Positions 20,816 through 30,128 of a DNA stretch of 64,000 nucleotides are shown here, in pieces. The stretch covers positions 128,001-192,000 of the forward strand of contig CAVUKB010000005.1 in NCBI GenBank assembly GCA_963741955.1, read 5' to 3'. This DNA is from an uncultured Acidobacteriota bacterium. Lineage in GTDB: Bacteria; Acidobacteriota; Thermoanaerobaculia; Gp7-AA8. Under the pieces are notes generated by a model that made no database searches, was not told the origin of the DNA, and was given only the letters and a program-made list of their open reading frames with translations. A program made the position numbers and the translations under genes. Numbering within the stretch: the stretch's first letter is position 1; each line of letters starts with the position of its first letter.

Positions 20816-21895
20816 ATGGAAGACTACAAGCCGACCCCCGTTCAGACGATTCTCTCACCGGAGCTCGAGGATCTCGAGCTTCAGGTCGTCACCGGCGGAG
20901 ACCGGCTCGACCGCACCATCCTCATGCCACGGGTCCAGAAGCCGGGACTCGCGTTCGCCGGCTACTACGAGTACATCAAGCCGGGGAGGGTGCAGATCAT
21001 CGGCGAATCCGAGACCCGCTACCTCCAGAGCCTTCCCGCACGCCTCCGCGAAAAGAGAGTGCGCGAGGTGGTCGGTCTCGACGTCCCCTGTTTCGTCGTC
21101 ACCAAGGGCCTCGACCCGCTCGAGGAGTTCCGCGCCGAATGCGAGAAGCGGAGCGTTCCGCTCCTGATCACTCCCGCCGTCTCGTCCCAGACCATCACCC
21201 GGATCACCTACTTTCTCGAGGAGTCGATGGCGCCGAGCCTGACCATGCACGCCGGCCTTCTCGACGTCTTCGGCATCGGTGTCCTCCTGATCGGCGACAG
21301 CGGAGTGGGAAAAAGCGAGTGTGCCCTCGATCTGATTTACCGTGGGCACCGGCTGATCGCCGATGACATGGTGGTCGTCAAACGGCACCCGAACGACGTC
21401 CTTCTCGGTTATGCCTCCGAAGTCGTCCGTCACCATATGGAGCTGCGGGGGATCGGAATCATCAACATCAAAGATCTCTTCGGCGTCGCATCCACCCGCG
21501 ACCTCAAACCGATCGATCTCGTGGTACGCCTGGAACAGTGGGTGGAAGGGACCGAATACGATCGGCTGGGCATCTCCCGCCACACGTTCGAGATCCTCGG
21601 CATCGAGAAGCCTTTCGTCTGTCTGCCGGTCGCTTCGGGACGCAACCTCGCACTGCTGGTCGAGATCGCCGCGCGGAACCACCTGATGAAGCTCCAGGGC
21701 TACCATTCGGCAGAAGAATTCGCCCGTAAGATCGACGAACAGATCGCCCGCGAATCGGAGCCACAGTCGGACGACCATCTCCCTCACGTGAATCGCGAAT
21801 CGTCCGCCAGCTCCCAGCTGCGGAGCATGCAGACCAAGCAGCTCCGGAACCAGGAAGCCAATCTCAGGATGCAGAGGGCGAAGAGGAAGTCATGA
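20816..21895 (+). CDS. hprK: HPr(Ser) kinase/phosphorylase
   Basis: GDSGVGKSECAL, ADD, MELRGIGII, GRNLA..VE.AARNH; AGGAG before ATG20816. Confidence 0.96.
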   Translation: MEDYKPTPVQTILSPELEDLELQVVTGGDRLDRTILMPRVQKPGLAFAGYYEYIKPGRVQIIGESETRYLQSLPARLREKRVREVVGLDVPCFVVTKGLDPLEEFRAECEKRSVPLLITPAVSSQTITRITYFLEESMAPSLTMHAGLLDVFGIGVLLIGDSGVGKSECALDLIYRGHRLIADDMVVVKRHPNDVLLGYASEVVRHHMELRGIGIINIKDLFGVASTRDLKPIDLVVRLEQWVEGTEYDRLGISRHTFEILGIEKPFVCLPVASGRNLALLVEIAARNHLMKLQGYHSAEEFARKIDEQIARESEPQSDDHLPHVNRESSASSQLRSMQTKQLRNQEANLRMQRAKRKS

Positions 21896-22761
21896 CCGGC
21901 GCTCCCGACTACCTGGTGATCGTCACCGGTCTGAGTGGGGCGGGGAAGAGCTACGTCCAGAGCACGCTCGAGGACCTCGGTTTCTACTGCACGGACAACC
22001 TTCCGATGAATCTGATCGAGCCGTTCCTCGATGAGGTGACCGGGAGGGAAGGGCATCAGAAGATCGGGCTGGTGATCGACGTCCGGACCCACGCGTTCGC
22101 CGAGGAGTTTCCGGTGTATTACCGGGAGCACATCAAGGCGCGGGTGCCTCACGCCATGCTGATCTTCCTCGAGGCGACCGACGAGGTTCTCGCCCGTCGT
22201 TATTCCGAGACCCGGCGGCCGCATCCGTTCGGTTCGGACCGTCAGGTGCTCGACGCCATCCGGGAAGAGCGGCGACTGATGCTCGACGTCAAGTCGATGG
22301 CGAACCTGGTCCTCGACACCTCCCAGTTCTCGGTCCACGAGCTGAAGGCGCAGATCATGCGCCGGTTTCAGCTTCCCGGACCGGAGATCTCGATGCTGGT
22401 CACGGTGATCACGTTCGGCTTCAAATACCCGCTTCCGTACAACGTCGACCTCCTGTTCGACGTCCGTTTCCTCCCGAACCCGCATTTCGTGGAGGAGCTG
22501 CGGCCCAGGACCGGTCTCGATGCGGAGATCGTGCACTACCTGGAACAGCAACCCGAATACGGCGAGTTCCAGAAGCGGCTGCTCGATTTCGTCGGCTATC
22601 TCCTGCCGCAATACGCGAAGGAGATGAAGAGTTATCTCACCATCGGCATCGGCTGCACCGGCGGACGTCATCGCTCTGTGGCGATCGGACAGTGGCTCGG
22701 AGCAGAGGTCGAAAAGTTCGGATACCGGGTGGAGATCATCCACCGCGATTGCTCCCGATGA
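21892..22761 (+). CDS. rapZ: RNase adapter RapZ
   Basis: TGLSGAGKS, ETRRPHP, DVRFLPNPH, GCTGGRHRS. Confidence 0.96.
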   Translation: MTGAPDYLVIVTGLSGAGKSYVQSTLEDLGFYCTDNLPMNLIEPFLDEVTGREGHQKIGLVIDVRTHAFAEEFPVYYREHIKARVPHAMLIFLEATDEVLARRYSETRRPHPFGSDRQVLDAIREERRLMLDVKSMANLVLDTSQFSVHELKAQIMRRFQLPGPEISMLVTVITFGFKYPLPYNVDLLFDVRFLPNPHFVEELRPRTGLDAEIVHYLEQQPEYGEFQKRLLDFVGYLLPQYAKEMKSYLTIGIGCTGGRHRSVAIGQWLGAEVEKFGYRVEIIHRDCSR

Positions 22762-22888
22762 CCTTCTTTCGGGGACCATGCCATGCCGTTTCCCGGCATC
22801 GTCCGGTTGTCGTAAGATGGCTCGCCGGGATGGCCAATTTCACCGGGGTCGAGGGGAGTGACCTCCCGTCCGACCGCAGGAGGCTCTT

Positions 22889-23317
22889 TTGATAGGGGCA
22901 TTGATCGTCACTCATGGGAGGCTCGCGTTCGAGCTGCTCAACGCGGCCCAGACCATCGAGGGTCCGATCGAGGGAATCGAAGCAGTCGCACTGGAATGGA
23001 ACGAGACCGTCGAAGAATCACACGAAAAGATTCGCCAGGCCCTCGACCGGATGCGACAAAACCAGGGAGTGATCATCTTCACCGACATGTTCGGAGGAAC
23101 TCCGAGCAATATCAGCCTCTCGTTTCTGGAGAAGGACAAGGTGGAGATCGTCACCGGAGTCAATCTGCCCATGATCGTCAAGTTCGGTTCGCTGAGGAAC
23201 GAAAGTGAGGATCTGAACTCGGTCGTGCACACCATCCGCGAAAAGGGCGCGAAGTCGATCCGGGTTGCCTCGGATCTTCTGGTATGCGAACCTCGCGAGT
23301 CGGAGACTGAGGCGTGA
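22889..23317 (+). CDS. PTS EIIA (mannose/fructose type)
   Basis: VTHG, TDMFGGTPSN, GVNLPM motifs. Confidence 0.92.
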   Translation: MIGALIVTHGRLAFELLNAAQTIEGPIEGIEAVALEWNETVEESHEKIRQALDRMRQNQGVIIFTDMFGGTPSNISLSFLEKDKVEIVTGVNLPMIVKFGSLRNESEDLNSVVHTIREKGAKSIRVASDLLVCEPRESETEA

Positions 23318-23586
23318 TCTCGAAGGATCTGGAAATCAGGAACAAGCTCGGGCTTCATGCGCGGGCAGCGGCCAAGCTGGTTCATACCGCGGCCCGCTTC
23401 GCTTCGGACGTGAAGCTGCGCAAGACTGGCGGTGAGGAGGTCGATGCGAAAAGCATCCTCGGCATTCTCCTCCTCGCGGCAGGACGGGGAACGACCATCA
23501 CCGTCACCGCGTCGGGCACCGACGAGCGACAGGCGGTGGACTCCATCGAAAAACTGATCGAATCGAAATTCGACGAAACGGAATAG
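23314..23586 (+). CDS. ptsH: Phosphocarrier HPr
   Basis: GLHAR (His15) and DAKSILG (Ser46) motifs. Confidence 0.95.
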   Translation: MISKDLEIRNKLGLHARAAAKLVHTAARFASDVKLRKTGGEEVDAKSILGILLLAAGRGTTITVTASGTDERQAVDSIEKLIESKFDETE

Positions 23587-23599
23587 TGGTCGGTTAACG

Positions 23600-25402
23600 T
23601 TGACTGAAAAACGCGATCTGCCGGAGGGGCGCGACGTACGCAGCGAAGTTCGCACGTACAAGGGCGTCGGTGTCTCTCCGGGTATCGCCATCGGCCGCGC
23701 CCTGATCATCGAGAGCGAAGTCGGGGCCGCCTACCGGATCCCCCTCAAGGAGCAGGACGTTTCCGGTGAGCTCGAGCGTTTCGATGAAGCGCTCGAAAAA
23801 ACCAAGGAGGATCTCCGCGAGCTGAAGGCCAAGGTCACCCGTTCCATGGGTGACGAGTACGCCTCCATCTTCGAAGCGCACGGGATGATTCTCGGTGATC
23901 CTGCCTTCACCGAGAACGTCACCCGGAAGATCGAGGACGAACGCGTCAATGCCGAATGGGCGATCTCCTCGGTCAGGGAAGAGCTGGAGGCGCGGTTCGA
24001 GAGCTTCGAGAACGAGTATCTCCGCGATCGGCGCGAAGACATCAAGGACGTCTCCGAATCGCTGCTCCGGAACCTGAGCGGAATCTCCCATCACGAGCTT
24101 TCAGAGATCGATCACGACGTGGTCATCCTCGCTGATGACCTGACCCCTTCGGATACCGTGCGATTCAACCGCCGACCGATCGTCGGCTTCGCGACCGCTT
24201 CCGGCGGACGCACCTCCCACACCTCGATCATTGCCAAGTCCCTCTTCATGCCTGCCGTGATCGGTGTCCCCCGTCTCACCACCGTCGTCGACAATGACGA
24301 GCTGGTGATCGTCGACGGCTACGAAGGGACGGTGCTCGTCGCGCCGACTCCCGCGCTGATCCAGGAGTATCGAAGCCGGGAGACCCGTCATCAGGAGTAC
24401 GAGAAACAGCTCCTCCAGAACCGCGATCTGGAGACGGTGACCAAGGATGGTCGTCGCCTGAGTCTCCAGGCGAACATCGAGCTGATCGAAGAGATCAAGG
24501 ACGCCCAGCGCTTCGGCGCTGAGGGAGTGGGACTCTACCGTTCGGAGTTTCTCTACATCTCGAAGAGCCCGCAACTGCCGACCGAGGACGAGCACTATGA
24601 GTTGTACGTGAAGCTCGCCGAGGCGATGAAGCCCAACTGGACGGTGATCCGCACCTTCGATCTCGGCGGAAAAAAACTCGCACGCGAAGTGATGGGGAGC
24701 AAGGAAGACAACCCGGTGCTGGGGCTGCGTGCACTTCGCCTCTGCATGAAACATCGCGACATGTTTCGGACTCAGCTTCGGGCGCTGCTCCGTGCGTCCG
24801 CCCATGGGAATATCAAGATCATGTTTCCTCTGGTGACCGGGATTCAGGAGCTGCGGCAGGTGAAGACACTGATCCGCGAGATCCGTACCGAGCTCGACGA
24901 GCAGGGGATTCCTTACGACAAGGATCTCGAGATCGGGATCATGATCGAGGTTCCTGCCGCCGCGATGATCGCCGACCTTCTCGCCACGGAAGCCGACTTC
25001 TTCGCCATCGGTACGAATGACCTCATTCAGTACTCGCTCGCCATCGACCGCTCGAACGAGAACGTCGCCTACCTCTACGAGCCACTCCATCCTTCTGTGC
25101 TGCGGCTGATCAAGTACGTGATCGACGCGGGCAAACACCAGGGAATCGAGGTCTCGCTCTGCGGAGAAATGGCTTCGGATCCTCTCTACTCGATCATTCT
25201 CGTCGGCCTGGGGCTGGAGATCTTTTCCATGAATCCCTCCAACATCCCGGTGATCAAGAACGTGCTCCGGAGTGTGAAGTACAAGGAGTGTCGCCGGATC
25301 GCCGAAGCCGCCCTGCAGAAGAAGACTGCGCAGGAGATCGAGGAGTTCGTCATCGAGAGCGTCGCCACGCGCTTTCCGGAGAAGCTCGTACCGACGGATT
25401 AG
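23600..25402 (+). CDS. ptsI: PTS enzyme I
   Basis: GGRTSHTSI, GLYRSEF, NPVLGLR, GTNDLIQY, CGEMA; no N-terminal GAF domain. Confidence 0.96.
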   Translation: MTEKRDLPEGRDVRSEVRTYKGVGVSPGIAIGRALIIESEVGAAYRIPLKEQDVSGELERFDEALEKTKEDLRELKAKVTRSMGDEYASIFEAHGMILGDPAFTENVTRKIEDERVNAEWAISSVREELEARFESFENEYLRDRREDIKDVSESLLRNLSGISHHELSEIDHDVVILADDLTPSDTVRFNRRPIVGFATASGGRTSHTSIIAKSLFMPAVIGVPRLTTVVDNDELVIVDGYEGTVLVAPTPALIQEYRSRETRHQEYEKQLLQNRDLETVTKDGRRLSLQANIELIEEIKDAQRFGAEGVGLYRSEFLYISKSPQLPTEDEHYELYVKLAEAMKPNWTVIRTFDLGGKKLAREVMGSKEDNPVLGLRALRLCMKHRDMFRTQLRALLRASAHGNIKIMFPLVTGIQELRQVKTLIREIRTELDEQGIPYDKDLEIGIMIEVPAAAMIADLLATEADFFAIGTNDLIQYSLAIDRSNENVAYLYEPLHPSVLRLIKYVIDAGKHQGIEVSLCGEMASDPLYSIILVGLGLEIFSMNPSNIPVIKNVLRSVKYKECRRIAEAALQKKTAQEIEEFVIESVATRFPEKLVPTD

Positions 25403-25599
25403 TACCCTGTCGCCCCGCGACATCGGTACGACGTCAATACGCCGTCGGCGGGGAGCGGCTGCGAAATGAAAGACGGGATGCCCCCTGTTGTTGCCGGCAG
25501 GATGGCGCGCGACACGCGGAGTCCGGCCCGTCGCCGTCGTGGATGATTGGCGGCTCACGGTCAGTCGATGCCGGGCGCGAGAGCGAGGGGAGGAAGCGT

Positions 25600-26247
25600 A
25601 TGAAGACGCCTCGGGGAATGGCAGTTCTGCTGGCGGCGCTCCTTACGACCGCGTTGGCCGTCAGCGCACGATCACAGGAGCCTCCGAAACCGAAGGAGGA
25701 GAGTGAACCTCCGGCTGCCACCACGAAAGAGCCGGCGAAGAAGACCTCTCCTCTCGTCGAAGCGGCCAGAGAGAGCGCCGCGGAACGGGGAAGGGCGAAG
25801 ATCCGTATCGACAACAAGGCGGTCAAAGAGTCGAAGAAGAACATGACCGTCCTGAAGAAGGCGCCTGGAGAGAACCAGAAGAAGAACCCGAAAGAGGAAG
25901 TGCCCGCCGAAGTGGCTCCTCCACCCGAGCCTCAAAAGGACGTGAAAGAGCTCCGGGAGGAACGGTTCGAAGCCGAAACACGGTTGCGCAATGCCATGGC
26001 CGACGTGGAGTCGCTCGAGACGGAGCTCCGGCGCCTCGAGAACGATTATTACAACTCCGACGATCCTGATTACCGGGACGGCGTCCTCGCCAAACGGTAC
26101 GCGCAGGTCGAAGCACAGCTTCGGAAGGCGCGGATCGAAGTGATCGACGCGCGGGAAGTCGTTCAGCAACTCCCGCCGGAGCAGGAACGTTCGAAGAGCG
26201 AGGATCAGAAAGCGCAACCACCCGCCGCGGCGAGTGGCGGCCGGTAG
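25600..26247 (+). CDS. Secreted coiled-coil hypothetical protein
   Basis: GGAGG RBS, signal peptide (LLAALLTTALAVSARS), Pro/Lys-rich linker, coiled-coil C-terminus. Confidence 0.65.
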   Translation: MKTPRGMAVLLAALLTTALAVSARSQEPPKPKEESEPPAATTKEPAKKTSPLVEAARESAAERGRAKIRIDNKAVKESKKNMTVLKKAPGENQKKNPKEEVPAEVAPPPEPQKDVKELREERFEAETRLRNAMADVESLETELRRLENDYYNSDDPDYRDGVLAKRYAQVEAQLRKARIEVIDAREVVQQLPPEQERSKSEDQKAQPPAAASGGR

Positions 26248-26259
26248 ATTCAGGGAGAG

Positions 26260-27555
26260 ATGGGAAAGACCTACTTCATCGAGACTTGGGGCTGCCAGAT
26301 GAACGATCTGGACAGCCAGCGCTTCGCCGGACAGCTCCGGCTTCGCGGGTACACCCCCGTGGAGAACGAAACGGACGCGGACCTGATTCTTCTCAACACC
26401 TGCAGCATCCGCGACAAGTCGGAGCAGAAGGTGTACGGCCGCCTCGGCGCCATTCGCGAGCAGAAGAGCCGTGGAGCGATGATCGGCGTCTGCGGCTGCG
26501 TGGCGCAGCAGGAAGGGGAAGCACTCCTCAAACGTGCCCCCTACGTCGACTTCGTTCTCGGACCCGGGAACATCGGGAATCTCGACCGGGTGCTGAACGG
26601 CGAGACGCGGCTCGCACTCGACTTTCCGGAGGAGAGGAACTGGGATTATCTCGCAGTCGACCGTCCTTCGAAGGTTCGAGCCCAGATCACCGTCATCGAG
26701 GGGTGCAACAAGAACTGCACGTTCTGCATCGTTCCGACCACCCGCGGCCGGGAGATCTCCCGGCCGATGCGCGACATCCTCACGGAAGTTCGATACGAAA
26801 CCGGGAAGGGGAGGGTCGAGATCGAGCTCCTCGGCCAGACGGTCAACGCCTACCGCTGCCCCGAGAGCGGCGCAGGGTTCGCCGAGCTCCTCGAGGCCGT
26901 GGCAGAGATTCCGGATGTGCTCCGTCTGCGCTTCGTTACCTCGCATCCCGCGGAGGTCACCCCCCGGATGATCGAGGTGATGCGCGATCATCCGAATATC
27001 TGCCGTTTTCTTCATCTTCCGGTGCAGTCCGGTTCCTCGGCCGTCCTGAGGCGCATGAAGCGTCTCTACACGCGCGAGCGCTACCTCGAGCTCATCCACG
27101 AGATCCGGCGGGAGATCCCCGAAATGCATTTCTCGACCGACTTCATCGTGGGGTTCCCCGGTGAGACGGACGAGGATCTCGAAGCGACGCTCAGTCTGAT
27201 GCGCATCGTCCGCTTCGGATCGATATTTGCTTTCAAGTACTCTCCGCGCCCCGGAACGCCGGCTCTGCGGTTGCCGAACGTGGTATCCGACGAGATCGCG
27301 AGCGCACGTCTGACGAAAGTATTCGAGCTGCAGGAGGAGATCGAACGGGAGGCTCTGAGATCGCTGGTCGGCAAGGTGATTCCGGTCCTTTACGAGGGCC
27401 CGAGCCGCAATGACCAGCGGATGCTCTCCGGGCGGTCCGATCAGAAGTGGACGGTGAACTTCCGGGGGGATTCCTCAGTCCCGGTGGGAACGATGTTTCA
27501 GGTGCAGATCGAGGAAGCACTGCACCACTCGCTTCGAGGGGAGGCGATCCGATGA
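26260..27555 (+). CDS. miaB: tRNA-2-methylthio-N6-dimethylallyladenosine synthase
   Basis: TWGCQMN, NTCSIR, GCVAQ, CNKNCTFC radical SAM motif, TRAM domain. Confidence 0.96.
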   Translation: MGKTYFIETWGCQMNDLDSQRFAGQLRLRGYTPVENETDADLILLNTCSIRDKSEQKVYGRLGAIREQKSRGAMIGVCGCVAQQEGEALLKRAPYVDFVLGPGNIGNLDRVLNGETRLALDFPEERNWDYLAVDRPSKVRAQITVIEGCNKNCTFCIVPTTRGREISRPMRDILTEVRYETGKGRVEIELLGQTVNAYRCPESGAGFAELLEAVAEIPDVLRLRFVTSHPAEVTPRMIEVMRDHPNICRFLHLPVQSGSSAVLRRMKRLYTRERYLELIHEIRREIPEMHFSTDFIVGFPGETDEDLEATLSLMRIVRFGSIFAFKYSPRPGTPALRLPNVVSDEIASARLTKVFELQEEIEREALRSLVGKVIPVLYEGPSRNDQRMLSGRSDQKWTVNFRGDSSVPVGTMFQVQIEEALHHSLRGEAIR

Positions 27556-28034
27556 CACTCGTACCGATGTCCATCAAGGGTCTGATGCTCGATCCGGTCT
27601 CGAACTCTCCGATCGTGGTTCTTCGGGACGGAGACGAGAAGATCTACCTTCCGATCTGGGTCGGGATCTTCGAAGCGAATGCCATCGCACTCCGCCTGGA
27701 GAACGTCGATACGCCCCGTCCCATGACCCACGACCTTCTGCGCAGCATCATCGACTCGCTCCAGGCGAGGGTACAGCGGGTGATCATCAACGATCTTCGC
27801 GACAGTACGTTCTTCGCCCGGATCGAGATGACCGTGGATGGAAAGAATCTCGATATCGACGCCCGGCCGAGCGACGCCATCGCTCTCGCCCTCCGGACCG
27901 ATTCCCCGATCTTCGTCGACCAGTCCGTGCTCGATCAGGCCCAGACGATCAGCCCCGAGGAGACTACCGACGACCGGCTGAAGAAGTGGTTCGAGAATCT
28001 GGGGCCCGACGACCTCGGGAAATACGAGATGTGA
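27552..28034 (+). CDS. Bifunctional nuclease family (DUF151)
   Basis: LPIWVG.FEA.AI, RPMTHDL, DARPSDAIALA. Confidence 0.93.
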   Translation: MTLVPMSIKGLMLDPVSNSPIVVLRDGDEKIYLPIWVGIFEANAIALRLENVDTPRPMTHDLLRSIIDSLQARVQRVIINDLRDSTFFARIEMTVDGKNLDIDARPSDAIALALRTDSPIFVDQSVLDQAQTISPEETTDDRLKKWFENLGPDDLGKYEM

Positions 28035-28112
28035 CGGCACCGAGGATCGAGCATTTTGGATCGAGAATCCGAAGAGAGATGAACTATCATCGATCCACGA
28101 CCCACGATCACA

Positions 28113-28141
28113 TTGACCCGTCTCCGGCCACCTCTTAGAAT
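28113..28141 (+). promoter_or_regulatory. Sigma70-like promoter of parAB
   Basis: TTGACC-17 bp-TAGAAT, 14 nt before the parA ATG. Confidence 0.6.
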
Positions 28142-28155
28142 CGCCTCGCGAGCTC

Positions 28156-28911
28156 ATGATCATCACAGTTGCCAACCAGAAGGGTGGCGTCGGAAAGACG
28201 ACCACCACCATCAATCTTGCCGCGGCCGTCGCCAGCAAGGGATTCCGTACCCTGATCGTCGACCTCGATCCGCAGGCGAATTCGACGATGAGCTACGTCG
28301 ATCAGCGAGCGATCACCAGGTCGATGTTCGACGTACTCGTCTCCGAGGAGCTGACCCTGGAGGAGGTCGTGGTGCCGACCACGGTGGAGAACCTCTGGCT
28401 CGCTCCGTCGAAGATCGCGCTGGCGAAGCTCGAGTCGAAGCTGATCGGCGAGATCGACGGCCATTACCGCCTGAAGGACAAGATGGCACGCGCGGCGACC
28501 GAGTACGACTACATGTTCATCGACACGCCGCCGACGCTCGGGATGATCACCGTGAACGCTCTGGTTGCCTCGACGCACGTCCTGGTGCCCATCCAGTCGT
28601 CGTATTTCGCGCTGGAAGGGACGGACGACCTCCTGGAGACCATCGACAAGATCAAGGCGCGTCCGAATCCGACCCTTCAACTCCTGGGGGTGGTGATCAC
28701 CATGCATGACAAGCGGACCACTCTGGCCAGGGACATCCAGGACCAGATCGCGCAGGTCTTCGGCGACCGCCTTTTCCGGACCATGATCACCAAGTCGATT
28801 CGTCTGGAAGAGAGTCCGGCGTACAAGGAATCGATCTTCTCGTTCGCGCCGAAGTCGAGCGGCGCCATGGAGTACTACTCGCTGTCGGAAGAGATTCTCG
28901 CCAGAGTGTGA
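28156..28911 (+). CDS. parA: ParA/Soj-family ATPase
   Basis: NQKGGVGKTTT deviant Walker A, DLDPQAN, IDTPP. Confidence 0.93.
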   Translation: MIITVANQKGGVGKTTTTINLAAAVASKGFRTLIVDLDPQANSTMSYVDQRAITRSMFDVLVSEELTLEEVVVPTTVENLWLAPSKIALAKLESKLIGEIDGHYRLKDKMARAATEYDYMFIDTPPTLGMITVNALVASTHVLVPIQSSYFALEGTDDLLETIDKIKARPNPTLQLLGVVITMHDKRTTLARDIQDQIAQVFGDRLFRTMITKSIRLEESPAYKESIFSFAPKSSGAMEYYSLSEEILARV

Positions 28912-29756
28912 GCGGGGAGGAGGAACCGGTGAAACGCGGTCTGCCATCGCGAACGAAAATGCGGCACGACTCCCATTTCGTGGAGGAACTGGCGAAACGC
29001 TCCACCACCAGCGTCGGGGTGATGCTTCCGATCGACCGGATCGAAGTGAACCCCGACCAGCCCCGGACTCAGCTCGGGAACCTCGAGGAGTTGACCGCCT
29101 CGATCATCGAGAAGGGAGTTCTCGAGCCGATTCTCGTGCGGGCCATCGACGAAGCGACGTTCCAGATCATCTCCGGCGAGAGGCGATTTCGGGCAGCGAT
29201 GGCCGCCGGACTGGATGAGATCCCGGCGATCGAGCTCGACGTGGACGACCGCGAAGTGCTCGAGATCGCACTGATCGAGAACATCCAGCGGAAGGACCTG
29301 ACCCCGTTCGAAGAGGCGGAAGCCTTCCAGTTCCTGCAGGAGAAGTTCGACTACACCCACGAGAAGATCTCCCAGGTTCTCGGGAAGTCGCGGACCACGA
29401 TCACCGAGACACTCCAGCTGAACGACATCCCGGACCGGATCCGGATCCTCTGCCGCGAGGCGGGGATCTCGAGCAAGTCGGTTCTGGTCCAGATCGCGCG
29501 TGCGGGATCGAACGAAGCGATGGAGGAGATCGTCGCCCGCTTCGGTCGCGGTGATCTCACCCGGGAGCAGCTCCGGAAGGAGAAGAAGCCCGAGGTGACG
29601 AAGAAGGCGGGACGCCCGAAACACTTCAAGTATCAGTTGAAGGATCGCGCGCTTCCGTTCCGTCTCGACCTGACGTTCCGCAAGCCGAACGTCGAGAAGC
29701 GGGAGATCGTCGACGCACTCCGGCAGATCCTCGAGCGGCTCGAGTCGGAAGAGTAG
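28908..29756 (+). CDS. parB: ParB/Spo0J-family CTPase
   Basis: NPDQPR, GVLEPILV, GERRFRA, ENIQRKDL, HTH. Confidence 0.92.
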   Translation: MSGEEEPVKRGLPSRTKMRHDSHFVEELAKRSTTSVGVMLPIDRIEVNPDQPRTQLGNLEELTASIIEKGVLEPILVRAIDEATFQIISGERRFRAAMAAGLDEIPAIELDVDDREVLEIALIENIQRKDLTPFEEAEAFQFLQEKFDYTHEKISQVLGKSRTTITETLQLNDIPDRIRILCREAGISSKSVLVQIARAGSNEAMEEIVARFGRGDLTREQLRKEKKPEVTKKAGRPKHFKYQLKDRALPFRLDLTFRKPNVEKREIVDALRQILERLESEE

Positions 29757-29850
29757 AGCGCGCGACGCGCGCCCGGGGTCCTCCCGGGCCGTGGCCGAAA
29801 AGGCGGGAGTGATCTTCCGCACCGGAAAGCGGAAGCTCGTCGTTCGCTCC

Positions 29851-29886
29851 TGTCCGACCTGTCTGACATGTCGGACTTGTCCGAGA
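29851..29886. repeat. 4 x 9-bp tandem quasi-palindromic repeat (TGTCnGAcn)
   Basis: tgtccgacc|tgtctgaca|tgtcggact|tgtccgaga. Confidence 0.8.
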
Positions 29887-29914
29887 CGCCCGAGCGTTCC
29901 CCTCCGCGCGTAAT

Positions 29915-29942
29915 ATTTAACATAATCTATCTTATGAGACTC
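29915..29942 (-). other. dif site (XerC/XerD recombination site)
   Basis: Minus strand GAGTCTCATAA-GATAGA-TTATGTTAAAT; XerD arm identical to E. coli dif, 6-bp spacer, AT-rich intergenic island. Confidence 0.88.
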
Positions 29943-30128
29943 TGTGGAAATCTATGAAGAGGTGCTCCGAAGGCCCGTCCAACTCCCTCTCGCATCGCGA
30001 GTTGCCGTTCTCGAGTGCGAATTTCGACCGCCAGGCCGGTGTTGAATGCCAGCGAGTGGTGCCGATCTGCTGCTCCGGGAACTCTCGTTGCGCGATTTCG
30101 CCTCGCACCCGTTAGAATTCACCGGCCG

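Noticed and set aside
25503-25517. Sigma-54 promoter TGGCGC-N5-ACGC
   Set aside because: The -12 element departs from TTGC; too weak in GC-rich DNA
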